NCBI GenBank assembly: GCA_951406725.2
Contig: OX597828.1
Coordinates: forward strand, 39,866,001 to 39,930,000
Origin: Octopus vulgaris
Lineage: Eukaryota
DNA length: 64,000 nucleotides
Reading direction: 5' to 3'
This document shows, piece after piece, positions 12,999 to 24,978 of this stretch (position 1 is the stretch's first letter; each line of letters opens with the position of its first letter). Made by a program: the position numbers and the translations under genes. A model generated the notes under the pieces. That model worked only from the letters and a program-made list of their open reading frames with translations, had not been told where the DNA came from and ran no database searches.

Positions 12999-14748
12999 GG
13001 CGCAGGAGTGGCTGTGTGGTAAGTAGCTTGCTTACCAACCACATGGTTTCAGGTTCAGTCCCACAGCATGGCACCTTGGGCAAGTATCTTCTACTATAGC
13101 CTAGGGCTGACCAAAACCTTCTGACTGGATTTTGAAAGAAGCCTGTTTATATATATATATATAGAGAGAGAGATAGAGAGAGAGAGAGATATGTGTGTAT
13201 ATGTATGTTTGTGTGTCTGTGTTTGTCCCCTACCATCACTTGACAACCGATGCTGGTGTGTTTACGTCCCTATAATTTAGTGGTTCAGCATAAAAAGATC
13301 AATAAAACAAGTACTAGGCTTACAAAGAATAACTCCAGGGGTCAGTTTGTTCAACTAAAGGCGGTGCTCCAGCATGGCTGCATTCAAATGACTGAAACAA
13401 ATAAAAGAATATATATATATATATCTTTTACTTTTTTACTTGTTTCAGTCATTAGAGTGTGGCGATGCTGGAGTACTGCCTTTTAAGAGTTTTTAGTCGA
13501 ATGAATTGACCCCAGTACTATTTCTTTAAGCCTGGTATTTATTCTGTTAGTTTCTTTTGCTGAACCACAAAGTTTTGGGGAATGTAAACAAACTAACACC
13601 GGTTGTCAAGCAGTAGTGGGAGATAAACACACATACACATATTGCTGCTTGCGAAGACCTGTTGAGGCAAGTGAAATCGAAATCAAATTCCATGACTGGC
13701 ATCTGTGCTAGTGGAGCCCTAAGAGCACCATTCGAGCATGATCATTGCCAGAGCAACAAACTGGCTTCCGTGCCGGTGGCACATAAAAAGTACCATTTGA
13801 GCGTGATTGTTACCTGCGTCGCCTTACTGGCACTTGTGCTGGTGGCATGTGAAAAAACATTCGAGTGAGGTTGTTGCCATTGCTGCTGGACAGGCTCCAG
13901 TGCAGGTGGCACATAAAAAGCACCATTTGAGCGTGGCTGTTGCCTGTACCACCTGATTGGCCCTCGTGCTGGTGGCACGTAAAAGCACCCACTACACTCT
14001 TGGAGTGGTTGGCGTTAGGAAGGGCATCCAGCTGTAGAAACTCTGCCAGATCAGATTGGAGCCTGGTGCAGCTATCAGGTTTGCCAGACCTCAGTCAAAT
14101 CGTCCAACCCATGCTAGCATGGAAAGCAGACGTTAAATGATGATGATGATATGTATGTATGCCAGGCTTCTTTCAGTTTCTGACTACCAAATCCATTCAC
14201 AAGACCTACAAAACTGTTGGCACAGATGAACCAGAAAAGAGTATTTAGTATCAGGCTTGGTCAACCTTTATCGGAAGTGGACTTATATGGGACATGGCTC
14301 ATCATCAAGCAGGTCACACTGCTAAAAAGCTTCAAGGTAGTTTATCATTAGGTATGCCATTCAGAAAGTGCTGCAGGTTGCAATTTACTCATGACTGATC
14401 TATATGGTTGTCTGTCCACCTTACTAGAAACAGCAGCTGAACCTCCCTCACACCAGACATGTTCATACATACCCAAGCATCATAAAAAAGGAAAATGATT
14501 AATGCTGTAATCCTGGGTATTCCTGGAAAATATAGAATGGTTATGGTTTGAATACCTTTGACCGTATAAACATGGGTCAGCTGTATCAAGGCAGATCTGA
14601 GCTTAAACAAAACCTACAGCTGCAACAACCTTTTGTTAGTATAGAGAACAGGTTAAACTTGTCTCAAAAGTAACCTTTAACACTCAGGTGTGTATTTATA
14701 TATACATATGATATATACACAAAAGTATCCTTTAACACTCATGTGTGT

Positions 14749-14792
<44 letters not shown>

Positions 14793-15634
14793 CCGAAATC
14801 TGCGATGATGAATCGGTTTCTGACTGAAGAACGAAGGCTTTGAATGACCCGTTTGTCTTTTATGTTCGTCTCTTCGTGTATTTCACGTTATTTATTTATG
14901 TAAAGGTTTATTATATTATATATATATATATATATACATACATACACACATATACACACACACATGTGGTTGTTATATATATATGTATATAAATATACGC
15001 ATATATTTATATATGTATATAGCGTTCTACATATGCTTTTTTTTTTAACTGACCTGAGGTATATATTGCTTACATAGACATAGAAGTGACCTCTTTCTTT
15101 TCTGTTGCAATTTTTGTTATGTCTAAATCCTGCATTCCTTCTAATTGGCAAAGTAGAGGCCAGAGACAAAATCATTTATAAGAGACACAGCTGCGCCTGT
15201 TGTTGATGTTGCAGTTGTCAGTTAGTTCAAACAAAAGAGCAAACTTGATATCCTGTCGTGGTTGAAATTGTGACGAACATAGTGGAGGAGGAGGCGGAGA
15301 AGAAAGGGGAGGTGGAGGAGGAGTGTGGTCGGCAGATGAAGAGTAGAAAGAAGAAAATTTATTCCTTTCAGTGTATTCATCGTTGTTGTCGTCATCTTCT
15401 CAACATCCACTTTTCCATGCTTGCATGGGTGAGACAGAATTCGTCGAGACAGATCTTTCTGTGGCCAGATGCTTTCCCAGTCCAGTCGCCAACCCTTACC
15501 TGTTGCTAAGTCAGGTCGTATTTCCCCCATGGCTAGGCATATCTTTTATGGAAGATTGGAAACAAACAACATCTCTTGCATGATGGTGATGCTAATTTAG
15601 AGCCATCGCATGATGTCATGATAAGGAGACATGC

Positions 15635-15969
15635 ACATATGCACACACACAAAGAGACAGACAGACAGATAGATACATACATACACACATAGGCAGGCAG
15701 GCAGGTGTGCATGCACACGCACACATACACACACACAAAGAGATAGATAGACAGATAGATACATACATACACACATAGGCAGGCAGGCAGGTGTGCATGC
15801 ACACGCACACATACACACACACAAAGAGATAGATAGACAGATAGATACATACATACACACATAGGCAGGCAGGCAGGTGTGCATGCACACGCACACATAC
15901 ACACACACAAAGAGATAGATAGACAGATAGATACATACATACACACATAGGCAGGCAGGCAGGTGTGCA

Positions 15970-16004
<35 letters not shown>

Positions 16005-16020
16005 ATGCACACACACACAC
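15635..16020. repeat. Tandem repeat, 86-bp unit built from microsatellites, ~4 copies
   Basis: AAAGAGA recurs at 15651, 15737, 15823, 15909. Confidence 0.95.
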
Positions 16021-16769
16021 ACACGCACACACACACACAAGATAAACTTCTTTTAGTTTCTTATTTCTTTATTGCCCACAAGGGGCTAAACATAGAGGGG
16101 ACAAATAAGGACAGACAAACAGATTAAGTCGATTATATCGACCCCAGTGCATAATTGGTACTTATTTAATTGATCGCAGTGCACAACTGGTACTTATTTA
16201 ATCGACCCCAAAAGGATGAAAGGCAAAGTCGACATCAGCGGAATTTGAACTCAGAACGTAGCAACAGATGAAATACCGGTAAGCATTTCGCCCGGCATGC
16301 TAACGTTTCTGCCGGCTCACCATTTCAGTTTCTGCCTACCAAATCCACTCACAAGACTTTGGTTGGCCCAGGGCTATAGAAGACACTTGCCCAAGGTGCT
16401 GTGCAGTGGGAATGAACCTAAAACCACACAACTATACTTCCACCTAACTAGATGCTAAAATTTTATACTGTTCTTAAACTTTGTAACTTTTATGTTTCAA
16501 CTCAGTATATTACTGGTACAGGACCATTCTGTGGCAAAGTCATTTGAGTATCAGCTAGAGCGCTTTGCTATATTTGTTCTGACTTGCTCTGCTCAGAGTT
16601 AAAATCTCAGTTAGGTCAACTTTATCTTTCATCCTGTTGAGGTCAATAAATAAAGTAAGTAAAGTACCAGTTAAGTACTTCCACTTTTTCTCTGGAAGAA
16701 ATTGGCTGTGTTTAGTCAGAGAGAGAGAGAGAGAGAGAGAGTGGAGTGGGGTCTACCAAGTTTAAAATA

Positions 16770-17100
16770 AAAAATAAATATTTGTTGGTCAGGAGATTCA
16801 GAGAATTTAACAAGCTGGGACTGGATATCTGTTTATATAAAATGAAAATAAATACGCCCTTTTAAAGCCTAGCCAGGCTCACGGGCCCGGTTTCCCGGTT
16901 TCAATGCCACATGTGTTCCTCAGCTGGACGGGACGCCAGTCCATCGCAGCGTTACTCATTTTTGCCAACTGAGTGGACTGGAGCAACGTGAAATGAAGTG
17001 TTTTGCTCAAGAACACAACGCGTTGCCTGGTCCAGGAATCGAAACCACAATCTTACAATCATGATGCTGACACCCTAACCACTAAGCCACACGCCTCCAC
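16770..17100 (-). mobile_element. SINE family C copy with extra 3' sequence inside the TSD
   Basis: 14-bp TSD CCAAGTTTAAAATA at 16756-16769 and 17101-17114. Confidence 0.85.
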
Positions 17101-17593
17101 CCAAGTTTAAAATACCAAGGACAAACTGTATGTCTCAATAACACTTCTATGGCTTCTTCAGCAATTGATGGGCCATCTCTGAAATGAATTGGTAGGAACT
17201 GGAACTTCTTAGCCACTCAGCTATACCTGCATTTATTAAAAATAAAGAAGAAATACAAGTGTGAAGAGGTTATCTCATTGGCTGGCCATTGGTGCTCTAC
17301 AGTGTCCATTGACATCACAATAAGCCTAGTTGTTTAGACAGATATCATAATGGAGATTACAGTTTATCACTGGAGATCAGAAGCTTTGTATAACTAGTGA
17401 AGGGTTTTTGTTTGTTTGCTATACTGAGTTCAAAATCTTTGTGTAAGTGTTACTTGGACAAGGATGAGTTTCGTTCGAATTTGTCTTAAGTATACTAAAT
17501 CTTGACCAAAATCTTCAAGTGCTACCTCTAGAAACTAATTAGTTATGAGGGTCTACTATGACTACAGCTACATGCACATATAGTTTTATTATG

Positions 17594-18871
17594 TTGGGTT
17601 GGCAACTAAGTTTCCGCTGTTTTTTTAAATTTTGGTATTTATTGCGTTTTTGAATTTTGGAATCTATTTTTTCAAGAATTCTATTTTGGAATCTATTTTG
17701 TTTTTTTGTTTTTTTTTTCTAGTAAATTTTAGTTAATTTTTGTTTATTTTCAGATCATTAAAATGGAATATCAAGTTAAGAAATACGAGCATTTTTGACA
17801 CATCTTTCTTTTTGCTTTTAATCAAGGTTCCAAGGCCACAAAAGCTGCTTGCAACATTTGTGCTATAGCTGAAAGAACCACTCGTGATTGGTATGCCAAG
17901 TTCAAAAATGGTAATTTTGACCTCAAAGACGCACCTCGTTCTGGCCGTCCAGTTGAGTTCGATGAAGAGCGAGTGATTAAACCAACTTTTGCATGAAAAT
18001 TCTCATCAAACGACAAGGGAACTGGCAGAGAAAATGGAATGCTCCAACACTTCTATAGAGAAGCATCTTCACTCGATGGGAAAGGTTCAGAAGAATGGAG
18101 CATGGGTTCCGCATGCTTTAAGTGACAGCAACAAAAATCAACGAGCCACAATCTATGCCGGTTGCTTACTCGTCACCGCTCAACTCATTGACACAAGTAA
18201 TGATTTCTTTACCAAATCGTTACTGGTAACGAAAAATGGTGTCTGTACATCAATATAAAGCAGTGTAAGGAATGGCTTAGTCCCAGTAAACAAACAACAC
18301 TACATGTGTAACAGGATCTTAATCCACGTAAAACGATGTTGTGTGTATGGTGGGACTGGGAAGGGATTATCCATTAAGAATTGCTTGAACGGAACCAAAC
18401 GGTCAACACAGCACTCTATGTTCAACAGATGGAATGACTCAACACGGCTATTCAAGAGAAAAGACCTAATCAGCAGCATGGAGTTTTTCTGCTGCACGAC
18501 AACGCCTGCCCTCATATCACCAATATGACCAAGGAAGCCATTCAAATGCATGGCTGGGAAGTGGTTCCACACCTGCCGTTCTCTCCTGATTTGGTACCAA
18601 CGAATTTACACCTCTTTCGATCTCTTTCAAATGCTATGCACGGAGTTTCGTTCAATACTGATGCAGAATTGAGAGCTTGGTTGGATCAATTTTTGGTTTT
18701 TGAAATTGGGTGATTTCTACTAACAAGGTATTGAAAATCTTGTTGAATGCTGGGAAGAAGTTGTAAACAACAAGGGTGAATACATTATTGATTAATTAGT
18801 TGTTATTTTTTATTAAACCTTTTAAAAAATTTTAATTAAAAAAAACGGCAGGAACTTAGTTGCCAACCCAA
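17594..18871 (+). mobile_element. Full-length but decayed mariner transposon (1278 bp)
   Basis: ~30-bp TIRs TTGGGTTGGCAACTAAGTT.. / ..AACTTAGTTGCCAACCCAA, TA on the right (TG on the left); broken transposase from ATG ~17763 with RSGRP, WVPHAL, TGNEKW, HDNACPH, FSPDLVPTN motifs, stops and frameshifts. Confidence 0.95.
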
Positions 18872-20339
18872 TAGATAAAATTTATACACATATGAAATAC
18901 AAAGTGGCTGTTTCCTCTCAGGCTGGTAATGTAAGAGAAATGGAGTCAATTGTATTGTCTTTACATTTATGACAAACAGTACAAGGATGTAAAGCTATAA
19001 AAACTTAATTTATTATCTATTATTATTTAAGCTACTTATCTTTCATTTCACATTTCTTTTCTTTGTGGATGTGAAAAATCATAGCTGATCTCCTGTATCT
19101 CTCATCATAAAAGATCAATCATAATCAATCTACTGTAACTCCCATCATGAAAGAATAGTCACAGTTCAATCAATCATATTCAAACTGCTATAACTTTCAT
19201 CAGGAAATTGCATTCAGAGTCAAAAAGACAGATAAGAGACATATTGTGAGAATGGGTCTGGAGTTGTGATATGTTGGTGTGTGGAAACTTGTATTTCAAA
19301 TGCATGTCTGCCCCTATCCCCCAATATTTATTTTTACTCAGAATATGAATGTAGATGGAACACTGTATGTGTGGGTAGCATGCTAATATAGTACAGATTT
19401 GTACTTTCTGAAACATTAGCTGCAGTCTCAAAACATTTCTGACAAGGAACAAGACTATGTGAAAAAGCAACAAGACTATGTGAAAAATGTATGGTTGCCA
19501 TGGAAGTTTGTTATAAATTGTTAGGTCTAGAATTTATAAAGTGTCAGGTCAGGACAGGTATGGAGGCATGTGCTGCTGCAGAATGTTACTGTACACACCA
19601 TTTGTTGGTACCTGTTCAGTATCTGCTTGGCAACCCTCCGAGCAGTGTCCCAGATAGTCCCCATCTCCACAAGATACTTCCTCATCCATCATGACCATGT
19701 GGTATGTGGTTGACCAGAAAGAGCCAGAAAGGCGGTGAGCCGGCAGAAATGCTAGCACGCCGAGTGAAATGCTTAGCAGTATTTCGTCTGTTGTTTCGTT
19801 CAAATTCTGCTGAGGTTGACTTTGCCTTTCATCCTTTCAGGGTTGATAAATTAAGTATCAATTACACAATGTGGTCGATGTAATCGACTTAATCCCTTTT
19901 GGCTGTCCTTGTTTGTCCCCTCTATGTTTAGCCCCTTGTGGGCAGTAAAGAAATAGAAAGAGCTATCACCACCAGCTGGATTATCAGAGAAGAGAACATG
20001 GTATGCAAGATCCAACTTGGAAAACCAAGCAACATGATCAACCAGTCTGAAGTGACACTCCTGAATCATACAAGTAACAGGATGCATCCCAGTTTCTGAG
20101 TAGAGTCATTGGTTGGATTCAAAATCCAACCAATGGTAGCCCATAATCCCATGAAGTAGCCTAGTACTAAAAGAGTTCAGGTAATGTGATTTGAAATGTC
20201 TGATTTAGACATTACTAACAAATCTTTTTATTGGTTGCTTTAAAGTTCTAAATTTGGTTAATCTGTGTAGTTCTTCTTTGGTAGCAATCAATTAATTTAT
20301 TAAAAATCTAAATATCATTTTAAATATGTTTATTCACAG

Positions 20340-20476
20340 GTAAATATCCCATAAAGTGGGTAATCTTCTTGAATGTTCCATATTTAGTTATTCCAATTTG
20401 GGTCGGTGTCAATCTGCTTCAGGACCGACCACGTGTTCAAGTACTTAACATAGATGACAATCAGTCTTCAAAATGG
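20340..20476 (+). CDS. TM6SF1: TM6SF-like coding exon 4 (not in supplied ORF track)
   Basis: Acceptor TTCACAG| at 20339, donor TGG|GTAAGT at 20477; manual translation GKYPIKWVIFLNVPYLVIPIWVGVNLLQDRPRVQVLNIDDNQSSKW matches GKY...FLxIPY..PxW. Confidence 0.95.
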
Positions 20477-20572
20477 GTAAGTGTAATATACTTACTTCTC
20501 TGTCATTATTTCATTCTCATTAATTCCTAATTTGACAATAATTAATTCTCATCTGAGAGGTTTGGCTTCCTA

Positions 20573-20604
<32 letters not shown>

Positions 20605-21516
20605 TAATTATAATAATTACCCTTTCTATTATAGTCACAAGGCCTGGAATATGAGGGAGGGGGATAGTCAATTATATTGACCCCAATACTCAACTGGTAC
20701 TTAATTTATCAACCCCAAAAAGATGAAAGGTAAATTGACCTCAGTGGAATTTGAACTCAGAATGTGCAGACAGACCAAATGCCACACAGCATTTTGCTTG
20801 CTTGGCATGCTATAATGATAATAGTAATTTCGGCACAAGGCCATCAGCTTTGGAGGAGGGTATCAGTCAATTACATCAACCTCAATTACATCAACTTTTG
20901 GGATAGGTCTTCAACTCAAGGATAATTTGTTCCCACCAGTCTCAGAAACTGTGTAAAAGGTCATGGACATTACCTTTCTTCCTCTTGACTGCGGTGTTAA
21001 CCTTATAGCATTTAAACTGGCCATATCTGTCCAAATTATTCTGTTTTATCTTTAAACTTGTCAGATCTAGCCTCTCGTATCTATCCTGTAATTCAAAAAA
21101 TAACCAATCATATTAACAAAATCTCAAAACTACAAAATTATGCATGATTAATTCCAAACAATGTGAATAAATAAGAGTAACTTGAATGCTAAAGGGTTAA
21201 AAAAAGGGGGTTTAGATAGAGCTACAAGTTAAGAGTTTTGCACAAAGGGGTCTAATAGACATCTTAAACCATTTGTGGAGTTGCTAGATTGATTGAAACC
21301 AGTAAAGTTTGAGCAAGGGTATAATTTCATGTTGATATCTGGATTTTAAACTTGTGTCATCTTTGTTTAGTAGTGAAATACCTTAATTCCTTAAATGCAA
21401 AATATTTGATTTTGAGACAAATTTTATGATTGTTTCCTGCGAAACCATCTTAACAGGAGAGATTGCACATTATATAAATCAAATATTGTGTCTAACAAAA
21501 ATTCTTTATTTTACAG

Positions 21517-21600
21517 GTATATCTTAAAAAGAATCCCAAAGCTATCCTTTTCCTCATCTTCTTCTTGGGTGCAAGTCTAGTTGCAGTTTTACGTGCTTTT
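21517..21600 (+). CDS. TM6SF1: TM6SF-like coding exon 5 (not in supplied ORF track)
   Basis: Acceptor TTTTACAG| at 21516, donor |GTAAGT at 21601; 84 nt, VYLKKNPKAILFLIFFLGASLVAVLRAF, a TM helix ending in the family R-G/A position. Confidence 0.92.
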
Positions 21601-22072
21601 GTAAGTAATTTTATGTATAAATAATTTTTCAATATTCACTCTAAGGCAAAAATAGCTAGTCAAAAACAAAACCTAATGGTTGACTGGTATCCAACTAGAC
21701 AACCGTTGCCTCTAAATCAGTTTTTCACATAAAGCTTGGACATCAGATCTGAAAGTGGCATAAATGCCATGGCAGACGTACAGCAGATGTTTTTGACTCT
21801 GCCTGTTGGTCTGCTACTTCATCACTGGACACTTTCCTTACCTACCATCTTCATTGATATTATCAACTGTGGTTCTCCAAGATGGTATGGTTCTTTCAGC
21901 ACACCTCTGGTGCTTTCTTCAAGTAACACATTTGCCATTTTGTCTGTCAAGTCTACAAAATGTTTGAATAACTTGATGTGCATTTTTTTGGTATACAAGG
22001 TGAATTTTTCAGACCAAAATTTACAGCCAAAAAAGGGTAGGTCATCTTATACACCAAGACGACTTTGGAGGA

Positions 22073-22289
22073 AGGCGGCGAGCTGGCAGAAACGTTAGTG
22101 CGTCAGACGAAATGCTTAGCGGTATTTCGTCTGCCGTTATGTTGTGAGTTCAAATTCCGCCGAGGTCGACTTTGCCTTTCATCCTTTCGGGGTTGATTAA
22201 ATAAGTACCAGTTACGCACTGGGGTCGTTACAATCGACTTAATCCGTTTGTCCCCTTTGTGTGTAGCCCCTTGTGGGCAGTAAAGAAAT
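22073..22289 (+). mobile_element. tRNA-derived SINE family B (Meta/MESC-like core), young copy with TSD
   Basis: B-box GAGTTCAAATTCC, core GCCTTTCATCCTTTCGGGGT..AAGTACC; 17-bp TSD AAGACGACTTTG(G/A)AGGA at 22056-22072 and 22290-22306. Confidence 0.9.
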
Positions 22290-22414
22290 AAGACGACTTT
22301 GAAGGACCAACAGTTCCATGTGAAATGGAACAGGATTTGGAAAGATAATGATGATTGAATGTTTGTTGTTTTTACACTATGTACTACATCAGTTTGTATA
22401 CCAGAAAATATGGT

Positions 22415-22621
22415 ACTCTTTTACTTGTTTCAGTCATTTGACTGTGGCCATGCTGGAGTACCGTCTTTAGTCGAGCAAATTGGCCCCAGGACTTATTCTT
22501 TGTAAGCCTAGTACTTATTCTATCGGTCTCTTTTGCCGAACCGCTAAGTTACAGGGACGTAAACACACCAGCATCAGTTGTCAAGCAGTGTTGGTGGTTC
22601 AAACACAGACACACAAACATA

Positions 22622-22671
<50 letters not shown>

Positions 22672-22856
22672 TACACATATATATACATACATATATACGA
22701 CGGGCTTCTTTCAGTTTCCATCTACCAAATCCACTCACAAGGCTTTGGTCAGCCCAAGGCTATAGTAGAAGACACTTGCCCAAGGTGCCACGCAGTGGAA
22801 CTGAACCTGGAACCATGTGGTTGGTAAGCAAGCTACTTACCACACAGCCACTCCTA
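22415..22856 (-). mobile_element. SINE family A, full copy
   Basis: Same consensus; other copies or fragments at ~2283-2625(-), 4345-4568(-), 12999-13407(+), 13425-13630(-), 26470-26790(-), 34255-34375(+), 38130-38536(-), 49160-49545(-), 57020-57230(+), 63451-63810(+). Confidence 0.88.
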
Positions 22857-22991
22857 CCCCTGTAATATATTTCTCAATAAAAACAAAACTCTTATTAGAA
22901 GGCTGTTAATTCCAAAGTATTTCTCCAATGTGATTGATAAAATGGAAATATTTTTGGTGTAATATAAACTTTTTATATTTTGTTTTGCTTA

Positions 22992-23510
22992 AGGCAGTGA
23001 GCTGGTACAAATGTTAGCATACCAGGCGAAATGCTTAGCAGTATTTCATCTGCCGTTACGTTCTGAGTTCAAATTCCGCTGAGGTCGACTTTGCCTTTCA
23101 TCCTTTCAGGGTAGATAAATAAAGGACTAGTTACGCACTGGGGTCGATATAATTGACTTAATCTATTTGTCTGTCCTTGTTTGTCCTCTCTGTGTTTAGC
23201 CCCTTGTGGGTAATAAAGAAATAGGTATTTCATCTGTCTTTACGTTGTGAGTTCAAATTCTGCAGAGGTCGACTTTACCTTTCATCCTTTTGGGGGTCAA
23301 TAAATTAAGTACCAGTTGTGTACTGGGGTCGATCTAATCGACTCCCCCTCCCCCAAAATTTCGGGCCTTGTGCCTAGAGTAGAAAAGAATCGTTTGCATG
23401 CCAGGCAAATATGTTTAGCAACATTTCATTCATCTTTATGTTCTGAGTTCAAATTCTGCTGAGGTCAACTTTGCCTTTCATCTTTTCAAGGTTGATAAAA
23501 TAAGCACCAG
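22992..23510 (+). mobile_element. Tandem cluster of three family B SINE copies
   Basis: GAGTTCAAATTC..CCTTTCATC core occurs at ~23066, ~23249 and ~23445. Confidence 0.85.
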
Positions 23511-24014
23511 CTTAGGTGGTGGGGGGCTCCGAAAGGGGTCTCAGGGAGTGGCGTCCCTGTCTTCCTGAGCTAGTTTTCCACCACATTTCTTAAAAATCGT
23601 GGTAGAGGCCTTGGTCTCGGGACCACTCATAGAAACTGAGGTTGAGAGTAAGCAAGGGCTCCCCATAGACAGTACAGCTCCAAAAAAAGTCTCATGATAG
23701 CCAGGGAGAATGGGCACCAGCCAGCCTGCCCAAAGGTTGGGGTGGGTTGCACCTTCCTGCCTCAGTTGCTATGGCATTGAGTTAGATCCAGCCACCCCCA
23801 TTAAGAGGAACAAAACCTGGATTTAAAGGACATGATGATGAGCATTGGGGTTGATGTAATTGATTTATCCCCCTTGCCTGAACTTGCTGGCCTTGTGCTA
23901 AAGTTTGAAATCGATTTTATTTTTTTGTTCTGCTTTATTTCTTTACTTGTCATGTTTCTACCAATTGCATCTATATTATTTCTTTTTCTCTTTCCCTCTT
24001 TTTCTGGTCTAAAG

Positions 24015-24104
24015 GCTGTTCTTGGTGGTGACCACATTTTCAAGTACTACTTGATTAATATGGAACCTTATTTGATGGATCCTTCAGCTTTCCCTAAAAT
24101 ACAA
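24015..24104 (+). CDS. TM6SF1: TM6SF-like coding exon 6
   Basis: Acceptor AAAG| at 24014 after a long pyrimidine tract, donor CAA|GTAAGT at 24105; AVLGGDHIFKYYLINMEPYLMDPSAFPKIQ matches EPYLxDPxAxPKIQ. Confidence 0.95.
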
Positions 24105-24978
24105 GTAAGTTATCTCACAGAGTTTTATATTTCTATCGTCATCATCATCATCATTGTTTAATGCCCGTTTTCCATTTTGTCATGGTTTGGACGGCTTGAC
24201 TGGGGTCTGGAAAGCCAGCGACTGCTCCGGGCTCCAATCTGATCTGGCAATGTTTGTACAGCTGTATGCCCTTCCAACCACTCTGAGAGTGTAGTGGGTG
24301 CTTTTTACGTGCCACTGCCACAGGAACCAGTCGGGTGGCCCTGACATCGATCACATTCAGATGGTGCTTTTTACGTGCCACCAGCACAGGAGCCAGTCAG
24401 GTGAGCCTGGCATTGACCACGTTCGGATGGTGCTTTTTACGTGCTACCGGCACAGGAGCCAGTCAGGTGAGCCTGGCATCGACCACGTTTGGATGGTGCT
24501 TTTTACATGCATCACCATGAATATATTTATTTGTGAAGACACATAGCCTAGTGATTAGAGTGTTGCACTAATCTTGCTATTGTGGTTTTGATTCCTAGAC
24601 TAGTAGAGCAATCCACTCAGCCGTAAATCTGTAACCCCATGATAGACTGGTATCCCATTCAGTGGGGGATGTTGGCCTATCTGCCTAACCAGCAGGGTGC
24701 CATTATTCAAAAGCTACAACAATGCCAGAAAATGCATTGTGACCAGCTATGTGTAACAACCTCTGATAGCCTGGTTGATACTGGGATATTTATTCATTTC
24801 AATCTATTGTGTCCATAAAGTCCTATTTGAGACAGTGACAGCTCTCTGAAAATGGTGCTATTTCTGAACAATAACAATATAGTTACAAACTAATGAGCAG
24901 GTATCTACGTAGTCACTTGAGCCACTTGCCAATTGTTCCTCAAATCACAACTCCTATTCTCTTCAAAAAGGAAAGATA

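Noticed and set aside
14800-14830. ATGATGA...CTGA as C/D box snoRNA
   Set aside because: Boxes are only about 10 nt apart and there is no terminal stem
15258-15509. Glu-rich ORF in intron 3
   Set aside because: Purine-rich low-complexity tract running into a retroposon tail; the TM6SF model is complete without it
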